A DNA stretch of 64,000 nucleotides, taken from contig CAXHJY010000449.1 of the NCBI GenBank assembly GCA_964016885.1, positions 62,001 through 126,000 of the forward strand, in the 5' to 3' direction. The position numbers were made by a program, and so were the translations under genes. Of this stretch, positions 11,777 to 26,774 are shown one piece after another. The notes beneath the pieces are model-generated. The model had not been told where the DNA came from. It saw only the letters and a program-made list of their open reading frames with translations, and did no database searches. Each line of letters starts with the position of its first letter. Position 1 is the first letter of the stretch. This DNA comes from Eledone cirrhosa (lineage: Eukaryota).

Positions 11777-13170
11777 GTTACTTGGAGCACGGACTGATGG
11801 TCAGAGATAACAAAAAACTGCGATTGAATTATTTAAGATCAAAGTCATTTCGTTTTGATGTCGCTAGTATTTTACCAACGGACTTTTTCTATCTAGTTAC
11901 CGGGATTAACGTACCTGAATTACGGTTTAACCGCTTACTCCGATTTACTAGACTTTGGGAGTTTTTTGACCGGACAGAAACCCGTACAAATTTCACCAAT
12001 TTATTCCGAATTTGTAAACTAGTGTTGTACATTCTAGTGATTATTCACTGGAATGCTTGCGCCTATTTCGCCATCAGCCATTCCATCGGATACGGGGCTG
12101 ATGGATGGGTTTACCCTAATATTACAGAAAAGAAATTCGCGCCTCTAACGCGAAAATACATTTATAGTTTTTACTGGTCGACTTTAACATTGACTACAAT
12201 TGGGGAAACACCGGTCCCCGAGCGTGACGAGGAGTATTTGTTTGTTGTGGTAGATTTCTTAATCGGTGTTTTAATTTTTGCCACCATTGTAGGTAACGTT
12301 GGTAACATGATCACGAACATGAACGCTCAGCGCGCCGAGTTTCAACAACGGATGGACGGCGTGAAACAATACATGGAGTTCCGTAAAGTAAGTAAAGAGC
12401 TTGAACAACGTGTAATCAAATGGTTCGATTACCTGTGGACTAATAAACAATCACTGAACGAAGAAGAGGTACTGTCCGCCCTGCCGGACAAGCTAAAAGC
12501 CGAAATGGCCATTCATGTCCATTTGGACACGCTGAAACAAGTGAGAATATTCCAAGACTGTGAGCCTGGACTTCTTGTAGAACTTGTTCTGAAATTGAAG
12601 CTGCAAGTGTTCAGTCCCGGGGATTACATCTGCAGGAAGGGCGACATAGGTCGTGAGATGTACATCGTCAAAAGAGGACAACTGCAGGTTGTAGCAGACG
12701 ACGGGGTTACCGTCTACGCTACACTGACTGACGGTAGCGTGTTTGGAGAAGTAAGTATTTTAAATATCGCCGGAAATAAAACCGGTAACCGTAGGACTGC
12801 TAATGTGCGAAGCATTGGCTACAGTGACTTGTTTTGTCTATCTAAAAATGACTTATGGGATGCTTTAACGGAGTATCCCGCCGCTAAAAAACAGTTGATT
12901 GAACGGGGGAGACAGCTGTTGCTAAAGGACAACCTACTAGACGAGGAAGTGCTGAAAAAACAGGAGGAGAACGAGGAAAGCACTACTCAAGTTGTATCAC
13001 GGTTGGAGACTAGTTTAGATACCTTACAGACACGGTTCGCCCGCCTCTTGTGTGACTTCAACACAACACAACAGAAATTAAAACAACGCATCACCAAACT
13101 AGAGAAGGTATTAGCCAGAGACGAAGACAGTGTGTCGAAAGTCTCAGACCAATCTAATGTAGAAACGTAG
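11777..13170 (+). CDS. CNGA: Cyclic-nucleotide-gated channel alpha subunit (CNGA/TAX-4 type), terminal coding exon: S3-S6, pore, C-linker, CNBD, C-terminal leucine zipper
   Basis: Acceptor TTTTACTTGACAG (AG 11775-11776). Contains [10 protein letters not shown]4 [12 protein letters not shown], pore [32 protein letters not shown] / FGEVSIL / GNRRTANV, and [19 protein letters not shown]. Stop TAG at 13168-13170. Confidence 0.97.
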
Positions 13171-13299
13171 CCATCAAAAGACAGATACGCTACAAGCGGA
13201 CACTAACACTTCTTTCAGAGCTACTGTTCTGTAATAACCAAAACAAACCAAACCAACATGGCGACGTATCCGTTGCGGCCATGTTGGTAGCGAGTGGCA

Positions 13300-13827
13300 G
13301 GAGCGACAGCAGCAGCAGAGATAAATAGCAGCAACAGCATCAACACAGCAGCAGTAACAGTAAGAGCAGCAGCAACAACAGCAGTAGCAAGCAACAAGCA
13401 GCAGAGATAAAAGAGCATCTACTGCAGCAACAGCAGCAGCAATATTAATGACAGTTTCAACAACAGCAGCAGCTATCTTCACCACCACCACCATTGTTAT
13501 CCCCATTATCATCATCATCATCATCACTAACTACGTTATTGTTGCTACACACATACATACACCTGTACAAATACGTGTGTGTGTGTATATATATATATAT
13601 ATGTATATATACACATACACACAAACGTGTGCATATATATATATATATATACACACACATACATACATACACACGTAAGCATATATATATATTTATTTAT
13701 ATATACAAATACGTGTATATGTATATATATATACACATATATATATATATATATACACACACACATACATACATACACACGTATGCATATATATATATTT
13801 ATTTATATATACAAATACGTGTATATG

Positions 13828-13873
<46 letters not shown>

Positions 13874-14046
13874 TACATACAGAAACGTGCATATACATAT
13901 ATATATATTCATACACACATACACAAACGTGTATTTACATATATATATTCATACATATACACACATATACAAACGTGTATATACATATATATATATATAT
14001 ATTCATAGATATACACATACACAAACGTGTGCATATATATATACAA

Positions 14047-14122
<76 letters not shown>

Positions 14123-14165
14123 CTCACCATCGCTTTTAACACCATCTTCACCACCACCACCACCT
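13300..14165. repeat. CAG/CAA/ACC/ATC and (AT/AC)n repeats in the probable CNG 3' UTR
   Basis: Visible simple repeats downstream of the stop codon. Confidence 0.8.
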
Positions 14166-14361
14166 ACTTCATTACAACCGCACTAATGATAATGGTGGCT
14201 ATGGCAATGATAACAGATCCTAATTCTTGATTATTCTGATCATTATATTTCTCTCATTATCATTATAATATTATTATAAATACATAAATCATTATTAACA
14301 CAATAAAGAAATAATTATAATATTCATTATCATAATCTTTATTATTATCATAATCATAATT

Positions 14362-14925
14362 ATTGGCAGTATCGGTAGAGGGTCGGACGCCATGCTTTGC
14401 AACAAAAGAGTTACGGCCCTTTCCATTCCGAGTTCAAATCCCACCGAGGTTAACTTTGCCTTTCATCCTTACGGGGTCGATAAAATAAAATACCAGTAAT
14501 GCACTGGGGTAATTGCTGGCCTTGTGCCAAAAGTAGAAACAACTATTATAATCATTATCAATTATAATTATCATTATCATTATTATCATTATTGTGGATT
14601 GGCAGTATCGGTAGAGGGTCGGACGCCATGCTTTGACGCATAGAGTTACGGCCCTTATGATCTGAGTTCAAATCCCGCTGAGGTTAACTTTGCCTTTCAT
14701 CCTTACGGGGTCGATAAAATAAAGTACCAGTAATGTACTGGGTTATTGCTGGCCTTGTGCCTAAAGTAGAAACAATTATTATTATTATTGCTATTCAGAT
14801 TGACAGAATCGGTGGAGCGTTGGCCAAAAGGCTTTGCAGCATAGAGTTACGTCCCTCTGTGGTCTGAGTTCAAATCCTACCGAGGTTAGTTTTGCTATTC
14901 ATCCTTACGGGGTTGATAAAATCAA
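14362..14925 (+). mobile_element. Three head-to-tail copies of the tRNA-derived SINE (third partial)
   Basis: Same A/B boxes and body as 6343, separated by (ATT/ATC)n. Confidence 0.88.
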
Positions 14926-15364
14926 GATGGAGGGTTTGTGTAAAGTACTTATATGCCAAAACAAGGAAAACCAGTCTCTATAACGAACTCGTGTGTGCTT
15001 GTGTAGGCTTTCAAGTGGGGGAGAGAGAGGGTGGGAGAGGGAGGGGGAGATAGGGTGGGATAGGGAGGGGGAGAGGTGGGGAGAGTGAGGGGGAGAGGTG
15101 GGGAGAGTGAGGGGGAGAGGTGGGGAGAGGGAGGGGTAGAGGGAGGGAGAGAGAGGGAGATTATGTGTGAGAGAGATAGTAAGCGAGAAAGAAACAAGTG
15201 AGAAAAAGCGAGAGAGATTGATAGAGAGAGGGACAGGCGGAGAGATTGATAGAGAGAGGGAGAGACAGGCAGATAGATTGAGACAAAGAAAGACAAAGAA
15301 AGATAAAGAGAGACAGAGAGAGGATGAGATTGTATGTGTGTGTGTGAGAGATTATGAGAGAGAG

Positions 15365-15525
15365 GGGGTGATAGAGAGTAACAGGGTGATAGAGAGTAAC
15401 AATGTGATAGAGAGTAACAATGTGATAGAGACTAACAATGTGACAGAGAGTAACAATGTAATAGAGAGTAACAGGGTAACAGAGAGTAACAGGGTAACAG
15501 AGAGTAACAGGGTGACAGAGAGTAA
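15365..15525. repeat. 18-bp minisatellite (GATAGAGAGTAACAATGT)
   Basis: About 9 visible units. Confidence 0.85.
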
Positions 15526-16783
15526 AAGTTAAGAGAGAAAGTTCGAAATGTAAGAGAGAAAGAAAAGTAAATATCCATTAAACTCTTAGTTTCCAATGTT
15601 TGATTTCTGCTCAAGAGATTTATAATTCCCAACCAGCGTTCGGCTTCTTTGTTCTCACGTGAAAAGGGGAAACTTTTGAACCTGTAAAAAACATCCCCGT
15701 TTATAATCAATTTATGATTAAATATATAATTAAATTCTTAATCTCTTGGTTATTAAAACAACTTGTGAAATAGGCAATCCAATTAGTTTATCTAGTGTTG
15801 GGGATGGGTTGGTGGGGGACTGAGGTGGCGTTAATATAACTAGGTGTGGCAACATTAATGGAGGTTAGGTTAGGTTTTTTATTTTTGAAAGAAGTGGGGT
15901 TTGTTTGTTGTTGATTTTGATTTTGAGTGAGTTTTTACTTGCTAGGTTTAGAGTAGATATGGTTAGAATTTCTAAGTAAAAAATCGTTGGAATTTTCTAA
16001 GTCCTTTCGTCACACGCTGTGACCTTTTACTTTGTTTTTTTTTATTTCACTTTCACATTTTGCAAATATTTCCGAATTTCCTGAGGATCCTGGAGATCTT
16101 TGCAAAGAAAAACGTGTTCCTTGTAAAGTTTCATCTCAAAACTAGTTTGTTTTTTGTTATACATACACTCACTGGCTTATATATACACACATATATACTC
16201 ACAAATACACTACCATACATATATATACACATACATATACTCTCACACAGACTGATACACAAACGCATGCATATGCACACATGGATATACATTCATCAAA
16301 GATTCACACACACACACACACACAATTACATAGAGAGACACACACAGAGACACACAAAGACACGCACTCAAAGGCACAGAAACACACACACAAAGACACA
16401 GACACACAAAGACAGAGACAAAGACCCACACACAAAGACACACACAAAAATAGACCCACACACAAAGAGACCCGCACACTCAGACACAAATTAACACACA
16501 AACAAACACACACAAACACACACAGACACACATACAGACAGTTCTGTTTTTCTCTATTTTACCCTTATCAGTATATCTCACAAAGGTCGGGGACTGCACT
16601 AAACACACTACATCTACAAACAATATTCCTGTTCATAAAGTACGACATTCCAGAATAGATTATATATTAGTCCTTACGTTATTCCGGTTACTTAGTTCAT
16701 TAGATTGCTACTTAGAGATTACATGATGGTTGCTGTGAAAAAAAAAAAAAAATGTTCTACTGAATGAATGTTACAACTAACAC

Positions 16784-16861
<78 letters not shown>

Positions 16862-17016
16862 CTGTTGTGTAACGACTTCTACCTAACTCGTTTCCATGGA
16901 CTCTACCACTACGGATATTACCTTCCAGTTTACTACCTATATATATATATATATATATACTTATATATTATGAAATACTGTTGGCTTCTTGCTCACAATA
17001 ATTTCTATACTTTTCA

Positions 17017-17068
<52 letters not shown>

Positions 17069-17072
<4 letters not shown>

Positions 17073-17173
17073 GTGTGTGCCAAAAAGATGTATGCATACT
17101 TTGATTATCTGTACAGGCAATATTTATTATACTGCTGTTGAAGTGTGTGCATATGTTGGGGGGACACCATGTA
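17069..17173. mobile_element. ~105-bp Tc1/mariner-type MITE
   Basis: Imperfect TIRs CACAGTGTGTGCCAAAAAGATGTATGCATACTT / AAGTGTGTGCATATGTTGGGGGGACACCATGTA. Homologs at 34388 and 6625. Confidence 0.65.
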
Positions 17174-17217
17174 TGTCCGTGTGTGTGTGTATGTATGTAT
17201 ATATATATATATATATA

Positions 17218-17261
<44 letters not shown>

Positions 17262-17436
17262 AAAGTGGATATAAGAGTATCAAAATATACATCTACTGTT
17301 GAATTGTATTTTATTGTAGTGATAACCTTCAATTGTGAATAATATACATACATACATTACACACACAAATATATATGTATAAGATATATATGGTATATTA
17401 CATATATACAACTTATACACAATACCTATAAAACAC

Positions 17437-17476
<40 letters not shown>

Positions 17477-17570
17477 GTGTACTATAGGTATTGTGTATCA
17501 TGATGTATATATGTAATATACCATATATATAATATATTACATACAACATGATACATATTACCTATAGTAC

Positions 17571-17604
<34 letters not shown>

Positions 17605-17617
17605 GACATATATATTG

Positions 17618-17701
<84 letters not shown>

Positions 17702-17942
17702 CACACAAACACACACAGACATATATATTGTATAATATGTATGTGTATATATATATATACACACACAGAGACATATATATTGTATATTATGTATATATAT
17801 ATATATATACACCGAGACATATATATTGTATATCATGTATGTATGTATATATATATATATATATATACACACAGACATATATATTGTACATTATGTATAT
17901 ATATATATATATACATAATATACAATATATATGTATATTATG

Positions 17943-18046
<104 letters not shown>

Positions 18047-18498
18047 CACACACACACACACAGCCCAACAAACATCACAAACTGGCTGATATTTTTTCGT
18101 AACTATTTCCAATGTTTGAAACAACGCACGTACATTTAAATATAACAGCGTTTCTTTTCTCCGCCATTTTTTGTTAGTTGGGAAACATATCTCACTATTG
18201 TTGGTCATTCAATGGACTTTTATGGAAATATATTTCCCTTCCGTTATACGGAGCTAAGAAGCCATTTTTTTTTTTATCATTTGAGAAGCTGCATATATTT
18301 GGTTGCCATAGTGTAACTTACCTAAGCAATCTTCTGTTTTGTGTTGTATATTGGCCAAAATATAAATATATATGGGTATATGTGTGTCTGTGGGAGTGTA
18401 TGTGTGTGTGTATGTGTGTATGTATACGTGTACGTATGTGTGAGTGCGTGTGTGTATGTATGTGTGAGCGCGTGTGTATACGTACTTGTATGCATATT

Positions 18499-18535
<37 letters not shown>

Positions 18536-19062
18536 AATATATACATATATATATATATATACATATATACACATATATAGATACATATATACACATATAC
18601 ATACATATATATAATACATATATGCACACATATATAATGCATATATTACATACATATATATATAAATATATACATACATATACATTCATTCCTCTATTTT
18701 CTCTATATTATTACATATTAGCAAAGTAGTATTTATTTATATTCAATACGATATGTCCATAATTATATGATATTTCCTTGTTAAACAGAAAAATATAAAC
18801 GAAACATCGTATGTCTAAGGTGTTGAAGATGAGAAATCGCTTCCATTTTTTTTCTCACCTTATAAAGTGTTCAGATTTATTAAGAGGATATGTATTAGAC
18901 AGATTTTCCTAGTATATAATATAGAATCAAGAGGAAACGTGGGGACAGGTATATACTGATCATAGTTTATGTAGATTCGCTATTTCATACATACACATGT
19001 GCGTGTATGTATGTCTATATATATATACATACATATGTGTATGTGTATGCATGTTTGTGTAT

Positions 19063-19164
<102 letters not shown>

Positions 19165-19253
19165 ATATACATACACGTGTATGTGTGTGTATGTGTATGT
19201 ATATATATATAAATATATATTATATATTATATATATTATTATATATATTATAT

Positions 19254-19296
<43 letters not shown>

Positions 19297-19369
19297 CACG
19301 TGTGTTAGTGTGTGTGTGCTAATAGAAATGTGTTTAAATAGATGTCTGTATGTGAGTATATGTGTGTAT

Positions 19370-19403
<34 letters not shown>

Positions 19404-20571
19404 GCATACATATATATATATATACTTACGTACATATACACACATATATATATATATATACACATATACATATACACACATATATATATATATATATACA
19501 CATATATATATATATATATACACATATACATATACACACATATATATATATATATACATATATACATATGCACATATACTCATATATACATATATATATG
19601 TGTGTGTGTGTGTGTGGAAATAGAAGTGTGTGTGTGTGTGTGTGTAATAATACCTTATGCGGGTTATTTGGGTCATAAACATTGCTGAGCAAATAGTTTT
19701 TAATAAGGCGATGCTTGCGAGTTGTGGAGTTTTTTCACTCTTTCTCCATTTCTGCGTTTAGCATGAATGTATATACGAGATCTTACATATGTAAGATATA
19801 TATATATATGCATAGAAATATATATTTATATACACACACATATATATATATATATAATATATATACAATGTTTGTGTGTGTATATAGATAGAGAGAGATA
19901 GGGGAGAGGGAGAGGGGAGGGGGTAGAGAGGGAGAAGAGAGGGAGAAGAGAGGGAGAGGGATAAGAGAGGGAGAGGGAGCGAGAGAGAGGGAGAGAGAGG
20001 GAGCGAGAGAGAGGGAGAGAGGGGAGAGGGAGAGGGAGAGAGGGGAGAGGGAGAGGGAGCGAGAGAGAGGGAGAGAGAGGAGCGAGAGAGAGGAGCGAGA
20101 GAGGGAGGATAGAGGGACAGAGGGAGAGGGAGGAGCGAGAGAGAGGAGCGAGAGAGGAGCGAGGGAGGGAGGGGAGAGAGAGGGGGAGGGGAGAGAGAGA
20201 GGGAGGGGAGAGAGAGGGGGAGGATAGAGGGACAGCGGGAGAGGGGGAGAAAGAGAGAGCTAGAGAGGGACAGAGGGAGAGAGAGAGAGAAGTTAGGTAA
20301 AATCTAATATAAAAGTGAAAATATACATATATATTCGTGTGTGTGTGTATGTGTGTGTGTGTGTGTGTCTGTGTGTGAATCACTATATACCATATACACT
20401 CCATATATATATATATATACTAACATGCATACATACTATATAAATATATATACTATATACATACAAATATAAATAAGTTATCACCTAGAAAACCGTCACA
20501 ACTTCACATCTGTTACATTCAATCAATTTATATTAAATATTCCCACCGACCATATTTTTTCTCTCTCTCTG

Positions 20572-20602
<31 letters not shown>

Positions 20603-20617
20603 GAACATATTCATATG

Positions 20618-20676
<59 letters not shown>

Positions 20677-21049
20677 CAAACATGAATGTGTTCATTTTGT
20701 GTGTATCTAGCAAATCAAAAGGAATTTAAGACATTTTTATTCACCTTACAGGCATTTCAACTGGTGATAGATGGATAGATATATATAGATAAATTGGTAG
20801 GTAAATAGATAGATAATTAGAGAGAGGGAGAGAGGGGGGAGTAACTAAGTGATCTTAATAGACCTAATATAATAAAGAACACGACTTGGGAAGCAGGGGC
20901 AATATATATGAAGATTTGAATATATCTATACAGCATATTTCTTCTCTGAAGATGCATAACGCATATACTATGCTGAAAAACCCGGGCCATATTGTAAATA
21001 TATATATATATAGTAATAATAAATACAAAAACCAAATGCTAATAACGAC

Positions 21050-21715
21050 AGTGTTAAGCTTTGATAGCGTTTGGTAAGCTCTGATAGTGTTTGGTAAGCT
21101 CTGATAGTGTTTGGTAATCTCTGATAGTGTGGGGTAAGCTCTGATAGTGTTTGGTAAACTCTGATAGTGTTTGGTAAGCTCTGATAGTGTTTGGTAATCT
21201 CTGATAGTGTGTGGTAAGCTCTGATAGTGTGTGGTAAGCTCTGATAGTGTTTGGTAAGCTCTGATAGTGTGTGGTAAGCTCTGATAGTGTTTGGTAAGCT
21301 CTGATAGTGTGTGGTAAGCTCTGATAGTGTTTGGTAAGCTCTGATAGTGTTTGGTAAGCTCTGATAGTGTTTGGTAAGCTCTGATAATATGTGGTAATCT
21401 CTGATAGTGTTTGGTAATCTCTGATAGTGTTTGGTAATCTATGATAGTGTGTGGTAAGCTATGATAGTGTTGATAACGATAGCGTTGATAAGCTATGATA
21501 GTGTTGCTAACGATAGCGTTGATAAGCTATGATAGTGTTGATAACGATAGCGTTGATAAGCTATGATAGTGTTGATAACGACGGTGTTGATAAGCTATGA
21601 TAGTGTTGATAACGACGGTGTTGATAAGCTATGATAGTATTGATAACGATAGCGTTGATAAGCTATTTTAATGTTGATAACGATAGCGTTGATAAGCTAT
21701 TTTAATGTTGATAAA
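21050..21715. repeat. 20-bp minisatellite (CTCTGATAGTGTTTGGTAAG) grading into a related 34-bp unit
   Basis: About 21 copies of the 20-mer, then about 7 copies of GATAAGCTATGATAGTGTTGATAACGATAGCGTT. Confidence 0.92.
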
Positions 21716-21988
21716 TATGTTTGTGATAAGCTCAGTCAATAATGCGCTATAGCATAATTTTTTTTTTGTTTGTAAATAACTGATAATAACGATGATGATA
21801 ATATAATGGTGATGACGATGATGATGGCACTGTGTATGGTGGTGGTGATAATGGTGGTGGTGGTGGTGGTGGTGATAATGGTGATTATGGCGGTGGTAGA
21901 AGTGATAATGGTGATCATCATAATGGAGTGACGGTGGTGTTTTTAGGAAATTGACATTTACTACTACTACGACTACTACTATTTGTAA

Positions 21989-22020
<32 letters not shown>

Positions 22021-22240
22021 GGGTGGTGGATTGACAGTATCAGTAAAACGTCGGACACCATGCTTTGCAGCATAGAGTTACGGCCCTTTACGGCCAGAGT
22101 TCAAATCCCGCCGAGGTTAAGCTTTGCCTTTCAGCCTTACGGGGTCGATAAAATAAAGCACCAGTAATGCACTGGGGTCGATTTAATCGACTTTCCCTTT
22201 CCCTAAAAATTGCTGGCCTTGTGCCTAAAGTAGAAACAAT
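22021..22240 (+). mobile_element. tRNA-derived SINE, long subtype
   Basis: A/B boxes and body, plus the internal GTCGATTTAATCGAC palindrome segment. Confidence 0.88.
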
Positions 22241-22654
22241 TATCATTATTATCATTATTATCATTACTGTTATTACCATTGTTACTGTTATTGTAATTAT
22301 CGTTGCTGCTGTTGTTTTTTTATCTAATTAAACGATTTTTCTGACCCTCTCCATTAACTTCTACACCATAAAAATGTATCTTGTTTTTTTTTTTTGTTTT
22401 TCTTCCTATTCTAAATAATCCAAAATATTGTCAGACAGTTTGTTTTTCTGAAAATTTGGAGTTAAACCTCTTAACTAAGGCGAAACCTTGTTAATTGAGA
22501 TATTAAGCTCTGCTGTTTAATATGGAATTATGTTGCCTACAGTTAAACTGTTTTGTTTGCAGAAATGCTCTGCTGCTAACTGAGGTAAAACCCTCAATTG
22601 TTGGGGGTTAAAAACCCACTTGCTTAAGGGATAAAACTTGTCTGATGTGTACTG

Positions 22655-23045
22655 CTAGTTGAGGTAAAACTTCAGCCGGATGAGGTCAAACTTCAGCTGG
22701 ATGAGGTCAAACTTCAGCTGGATGAGGTCAAACTTCAGCTGGATGAGGTCAAATTTCAGCTGGATGAGGTCAGACTCCAGCTAGTTGAAGTCAAACTCCA
22801 GCTAGTTGAAATCAAACTCCAGCTAGTTGAAGTCAAACTCCAGCTAGCTGAGGTCAAACTCCAGCTAGCTGAGGTCAAACTCCAGCTAGTTGAGGTCAAA
22901 CTACCGCCAGTTGAGGTCAAACTACAGCCAGTTGAGGTCAAGCTCCAGCTAGTTGAGGTCAAGTTCCAGCTAGTTGAGGTCAAACTCCAGCTAGTTGAGG
23001 TCAAACTCCAGCCAGTTGAGGTCAAACTCTAGCCAGTTGAGGTTT
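22655..23045. repeat. 21-bp minisatellite (TGAGGTCAAACTCCAGCTAGT)
   Basis: About 18 visible units. Confidence 0.92.
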
Positions 23046-23394
23046 TAAAAAAATGTTGATTGAGATAAACCTCTTCCGTTCGAACCAAAACAATTGACTG
23101 AGGTCAAAATCTCTTGTCTGAAATAAATCTCAATTGTTTGAGATAAAAAAAAAACTTATTTCACCACAATTTACAGAGACTTTGTCTCTCTGTATTTTTT
23201 CTTCTTTTTTTGTATTTGTTTGTTGTCGGGGGTCTTTTCTCCCACCCTAAAAGCAAGGAAATATTTCTACCGACCGTGTCGGCATGAAAACGGTGACTGA
23301 GTTGTAAGAATGAGCTTATGGCATCGTTGAAGTGATGTCTTACAGAGAAATCCTAGTTCATGTTTTTTTATCATTATTATTATTAATTATATAA

Positions 23395-23585
23395 GGGCGG
23401 GGGATTGGCAGTATCGGTAGAGAGTCGGACGCCATGCTTTGCAGCATAGAGTTACGTCCCTTTATAGTCTGAGTTCAAATCCTGCCGAGGTTAACTTTGC
23501 CTTTCATCCTTACAGGGTCGATAAAATAAAGTACCAGTAATACATTGGGATAATTGCTGGCCTTGTGCCAAAAGTAGAAACAATT
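23395..23585 (+). mobile_element. tRNA-derived SINE, short subtype
   Basis: Same family as 6343. Confidence 0.88.
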
Positions 23586-23826
23586 ATTACTACTATTGTT
23601 ATTTACTCGTTAATGAAAACTTATGTATATATATATATATATGTGTATGTGTATATATGCAAGCATGTATGTGTGTGTGTGTATGCAAGTTTGTATGTAA
23701 ATATATATGCATATGCATGTATGTATATATATATATATATATATATGACTATGCAAGTTTGTAAATATATATGCACATGCAAGTATATGATATTTATATA
23801 TATATGTGTGTGCATGTATGTTTGTT

Positions 23827-23859
<33 letters not shown>

Positions 23860-23867
23860 ATGTGTGT

Positions 23868-23907
<40 letters not shown>

Positions 23908-23913
23908 GTGTGT

Positions 23914-23960
<47 letters not shown>

Positions 23961-23970
23961 ATGTGTGTGT

Positions 23971-24013
<43 letters not shown>

Positions 24014-24115
24014 GTGTATGTGTGTGTAAATAAATATATATATATATATGTATGTATGTGTATGTGTGTGTAAATAAATATATATATATATGTATGTATG
24101 TGTATGTGTGTGTAA

Positions 24116-24158
<43 letters not shown>

Positions 24159-24463
24159 TATACACACACATACATGCATGCATACACACACATGCATACA
24201 CGTCAGACATTGATTATTATTTTCTTCGTATGAGTGAAGATGAAATGTCTATTCTTTAATCAAGGAGTTTAACAACATAAAGCTATAGTGAAGCCACGGT
24301 CAGATTCGAAACCCTTTCCTCTGACTCAAATATTCAGTATGGCTGCCTAAATCCATAAACCTCTTTTATAGATAGAATCAAGAAAATAATTGTTTGTTCG
24401 ACATTTTTTTTCCTCTACTCACACCTCCTCCTCTTTCTCCTCCTCCCAGTTATTGTTTATATA

Positions 24464-24570
24464 CAGTGGAACCTTGAGTTGTGAACTTCATTCGTACCCT
24501 GATGACCGTTCGACAACCGAAACTGTTTTTCCCATACGAAATATTGAGAGAGAAAGATAGAGACTATGTA

Positions 24571-24612
<42 letters not shown>

Positions 24613-24767
24613 AATAAATGTGTGTGTGTGAGAGAGAGGGATAGATGTGTGAGAGAGAGAGAGAGAGAGAAACTGTGTATGTGTGTGTGTGTGAGAGAGA
24701 GAGAGACTGTGTGTGTGAGAGAGAGAGAGACTGTGTGAGAGAGTGAGAGACTGTGTGAGAGAGAGAG

Positions 24768-24806
<39 letters not shown>

Positions 24807-24921
24807 GTGAGAGAGACTGTGTGAGACAGAGACTGTGTGAGAGAGAGCGACTGTGTGAGAGAGAGCGACTGTGTGAGAGAGAGCGACTGTGTGAGAGAGG
24901 GAGACTGTGTGAGAGAGAGAG

Positions 24922-24953
<32 letters not shown>

Positions 24954-24972
24954 CTGTGTGAGAGAGAGAGAC

Positions 24973-25027
<55 letters not shown>

Positions 25028-25184
25028 CTGTGTGAGAGAGAGAGACTGTGTGTGTGTGAGAGAGAGAGAGAGAGTGTGTGTGTGTGTTCGTTACTCCAGA
25101 CACCAGTTGTTTTATGTTCGAAAAATTTGTTCGTGAACCGATTTGTTCGTGTATGAATGGCGTTCGAAAACCAAGGTTCCACTG
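24464..25184. mobile_element. Non-autonomous pogo/Tigger-like DNA transposon with internal (GA/GT)n expansion
   Basis: 13-bp perfect TIR CAGTGGAACCTTG (24464-24476) / CAAGGTTCCACTG (25172-25184), preceded by TA. Confidence 0.7.
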
Positions 25185-25427
25185 TCTATAGTATATATAT
25201 TTTCTTCTCTGTCGGTAGTTTCATATCAATAATCCCTCCGTTTATCTTAGCCAATCAGCTTCGTTCATCCATCTTCAGCTTCCCCCACTCACGTCTGTCT
25301 TGCGAAGGCAGGTAGCATGGGTGTTAGGGTGTTCAATTCAATCACAGCATCATGGGTCTGATTCTTGGACCGTGTGGTTGCGTTGCGTTGTGTTGTGTTG
25401 TGTCCTTCAGCACGGCGCATTATTTCA

Positions 25428-26442
25428 CTGATAAAATAAAGTACCAGTAATGCACTGGGTAATTGCTGGCCTTGTGCCTAAAGTAGAAACAATTATTTCA
25501 CATCACTGATGTGAATAGAGCGGTGGATTGGCAGCAGAGTCGTTAGCGGCACATAACTACGTCCCTCACTTTACGTCCCCTGTTCAAATCCCGCCGAGGT
25601 CAAATTTGCCTTCCTTAAGCGGTCGATGAAATTAAGTACCAGTAATGTACTGGTGTTGACTTTCCCCTTCCCCAAAAAATTGTTGGTCTTGCGCCTATAC
25701 TAGAAGTAATAATTATTATAAGGGCGATGGGTTGGCAGTATCGGTAGAGGGTCGTACAACATGCTTTGTGGCATATAGCTACGTCCCTCCCTTTACGTCC
25801 TAAGTTCAAATCCCGCCGAGGTCAACTTTGCCTTTCATCCTCACAGGGTCGATAAACTAAAGTACCAGTAACGTACTGGTTCGATTTAATCGACGTTCCC
25901 CTCTCCCCCAAATTACTGGCCTTATGCCGATACTAGAAATCAATTATTATTACGTGGATTGGCAGTATCGGTAGAGGGTCGGACGCCATGCTTTGCAGCA
26001 TAGAGTTACTGCCCTTTACTGTCTGAGTTCAAATCCCGCCGAGGTCAACTTTGCCTCCCATCCTTACGGGGGTCGATAAAATAAAGCACCAGTAATGCAC
26101 TGGGGTCGATTTAATCGACTTTTCCCCTATCCGAAATTTGTTGGTCTTGTGCCTAAATCAGAAACCATTATTTCACGTGACTCTCACTCTCTCACACAGT
26201 CTCTCTCTCTCTCTCACACAGTCTCTCTCTCTCTCTCACAAGGCGGTGGATTGGCAGTATCGGTAGAGTGTCGGACGCCATGCTTTCCAGCATAGTTACG
26301 TCCCTTTACGATCTGAGTTCAAATCCCGCCGAGGTTGACTTTGCCTTTCATCCTTACGGGGGTCGATAAAATAAAGTACCAGTAATGCACTGGGTAATTG
26401 TTGGTCTTGTGCCTAAATCAGAAACCATTATTTCACGTGACT
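25428..26442 (+). mobile_element. Cluster of about 5 head-to-tail tRNA-derived SINEs
   Basis: Repeated A/B boxes and bodies at ~25518, 25722, 25955 and 26242, plus a 3' fragment at 25428. Confidence 0.88.
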
Positions 26443-26774
26443 TTTCATAATCAGACTGAAGTGGAAGCGTGAGGGGCATGAGTGTTCCCTATTAAACACC
26501 CAAGAAACCTTTGAGATCTCGTACAATCTCGTACTAAGCCAGTTAAATATGTATGGGTATGACTTGTCAATTGCAGTTCATTTATCATATCTATCTACCG
26601 AGTGATTTGTCTTGCATTTATTTTTAGGGAGGGCTGCTGGCTTAGGTGTTAGAGTGTCAGACTAAATGCCTTGCGGTATTTGATCCGGCAATTGTTATTT
26701 GTTTCACATATCCTTCTCCTGATCCCCAATCCCACCCGGAGATCATCGTTATCTTTCATCGTTCCTGGATCAAT

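Noticed and set aside
21050-23045. Regular short repeats resembling CRISPR arrays (also 46745-47160 and 61960-64000)
   Set aside because: There are no unique spacers and no cas genes, and the context is eukaryotic.
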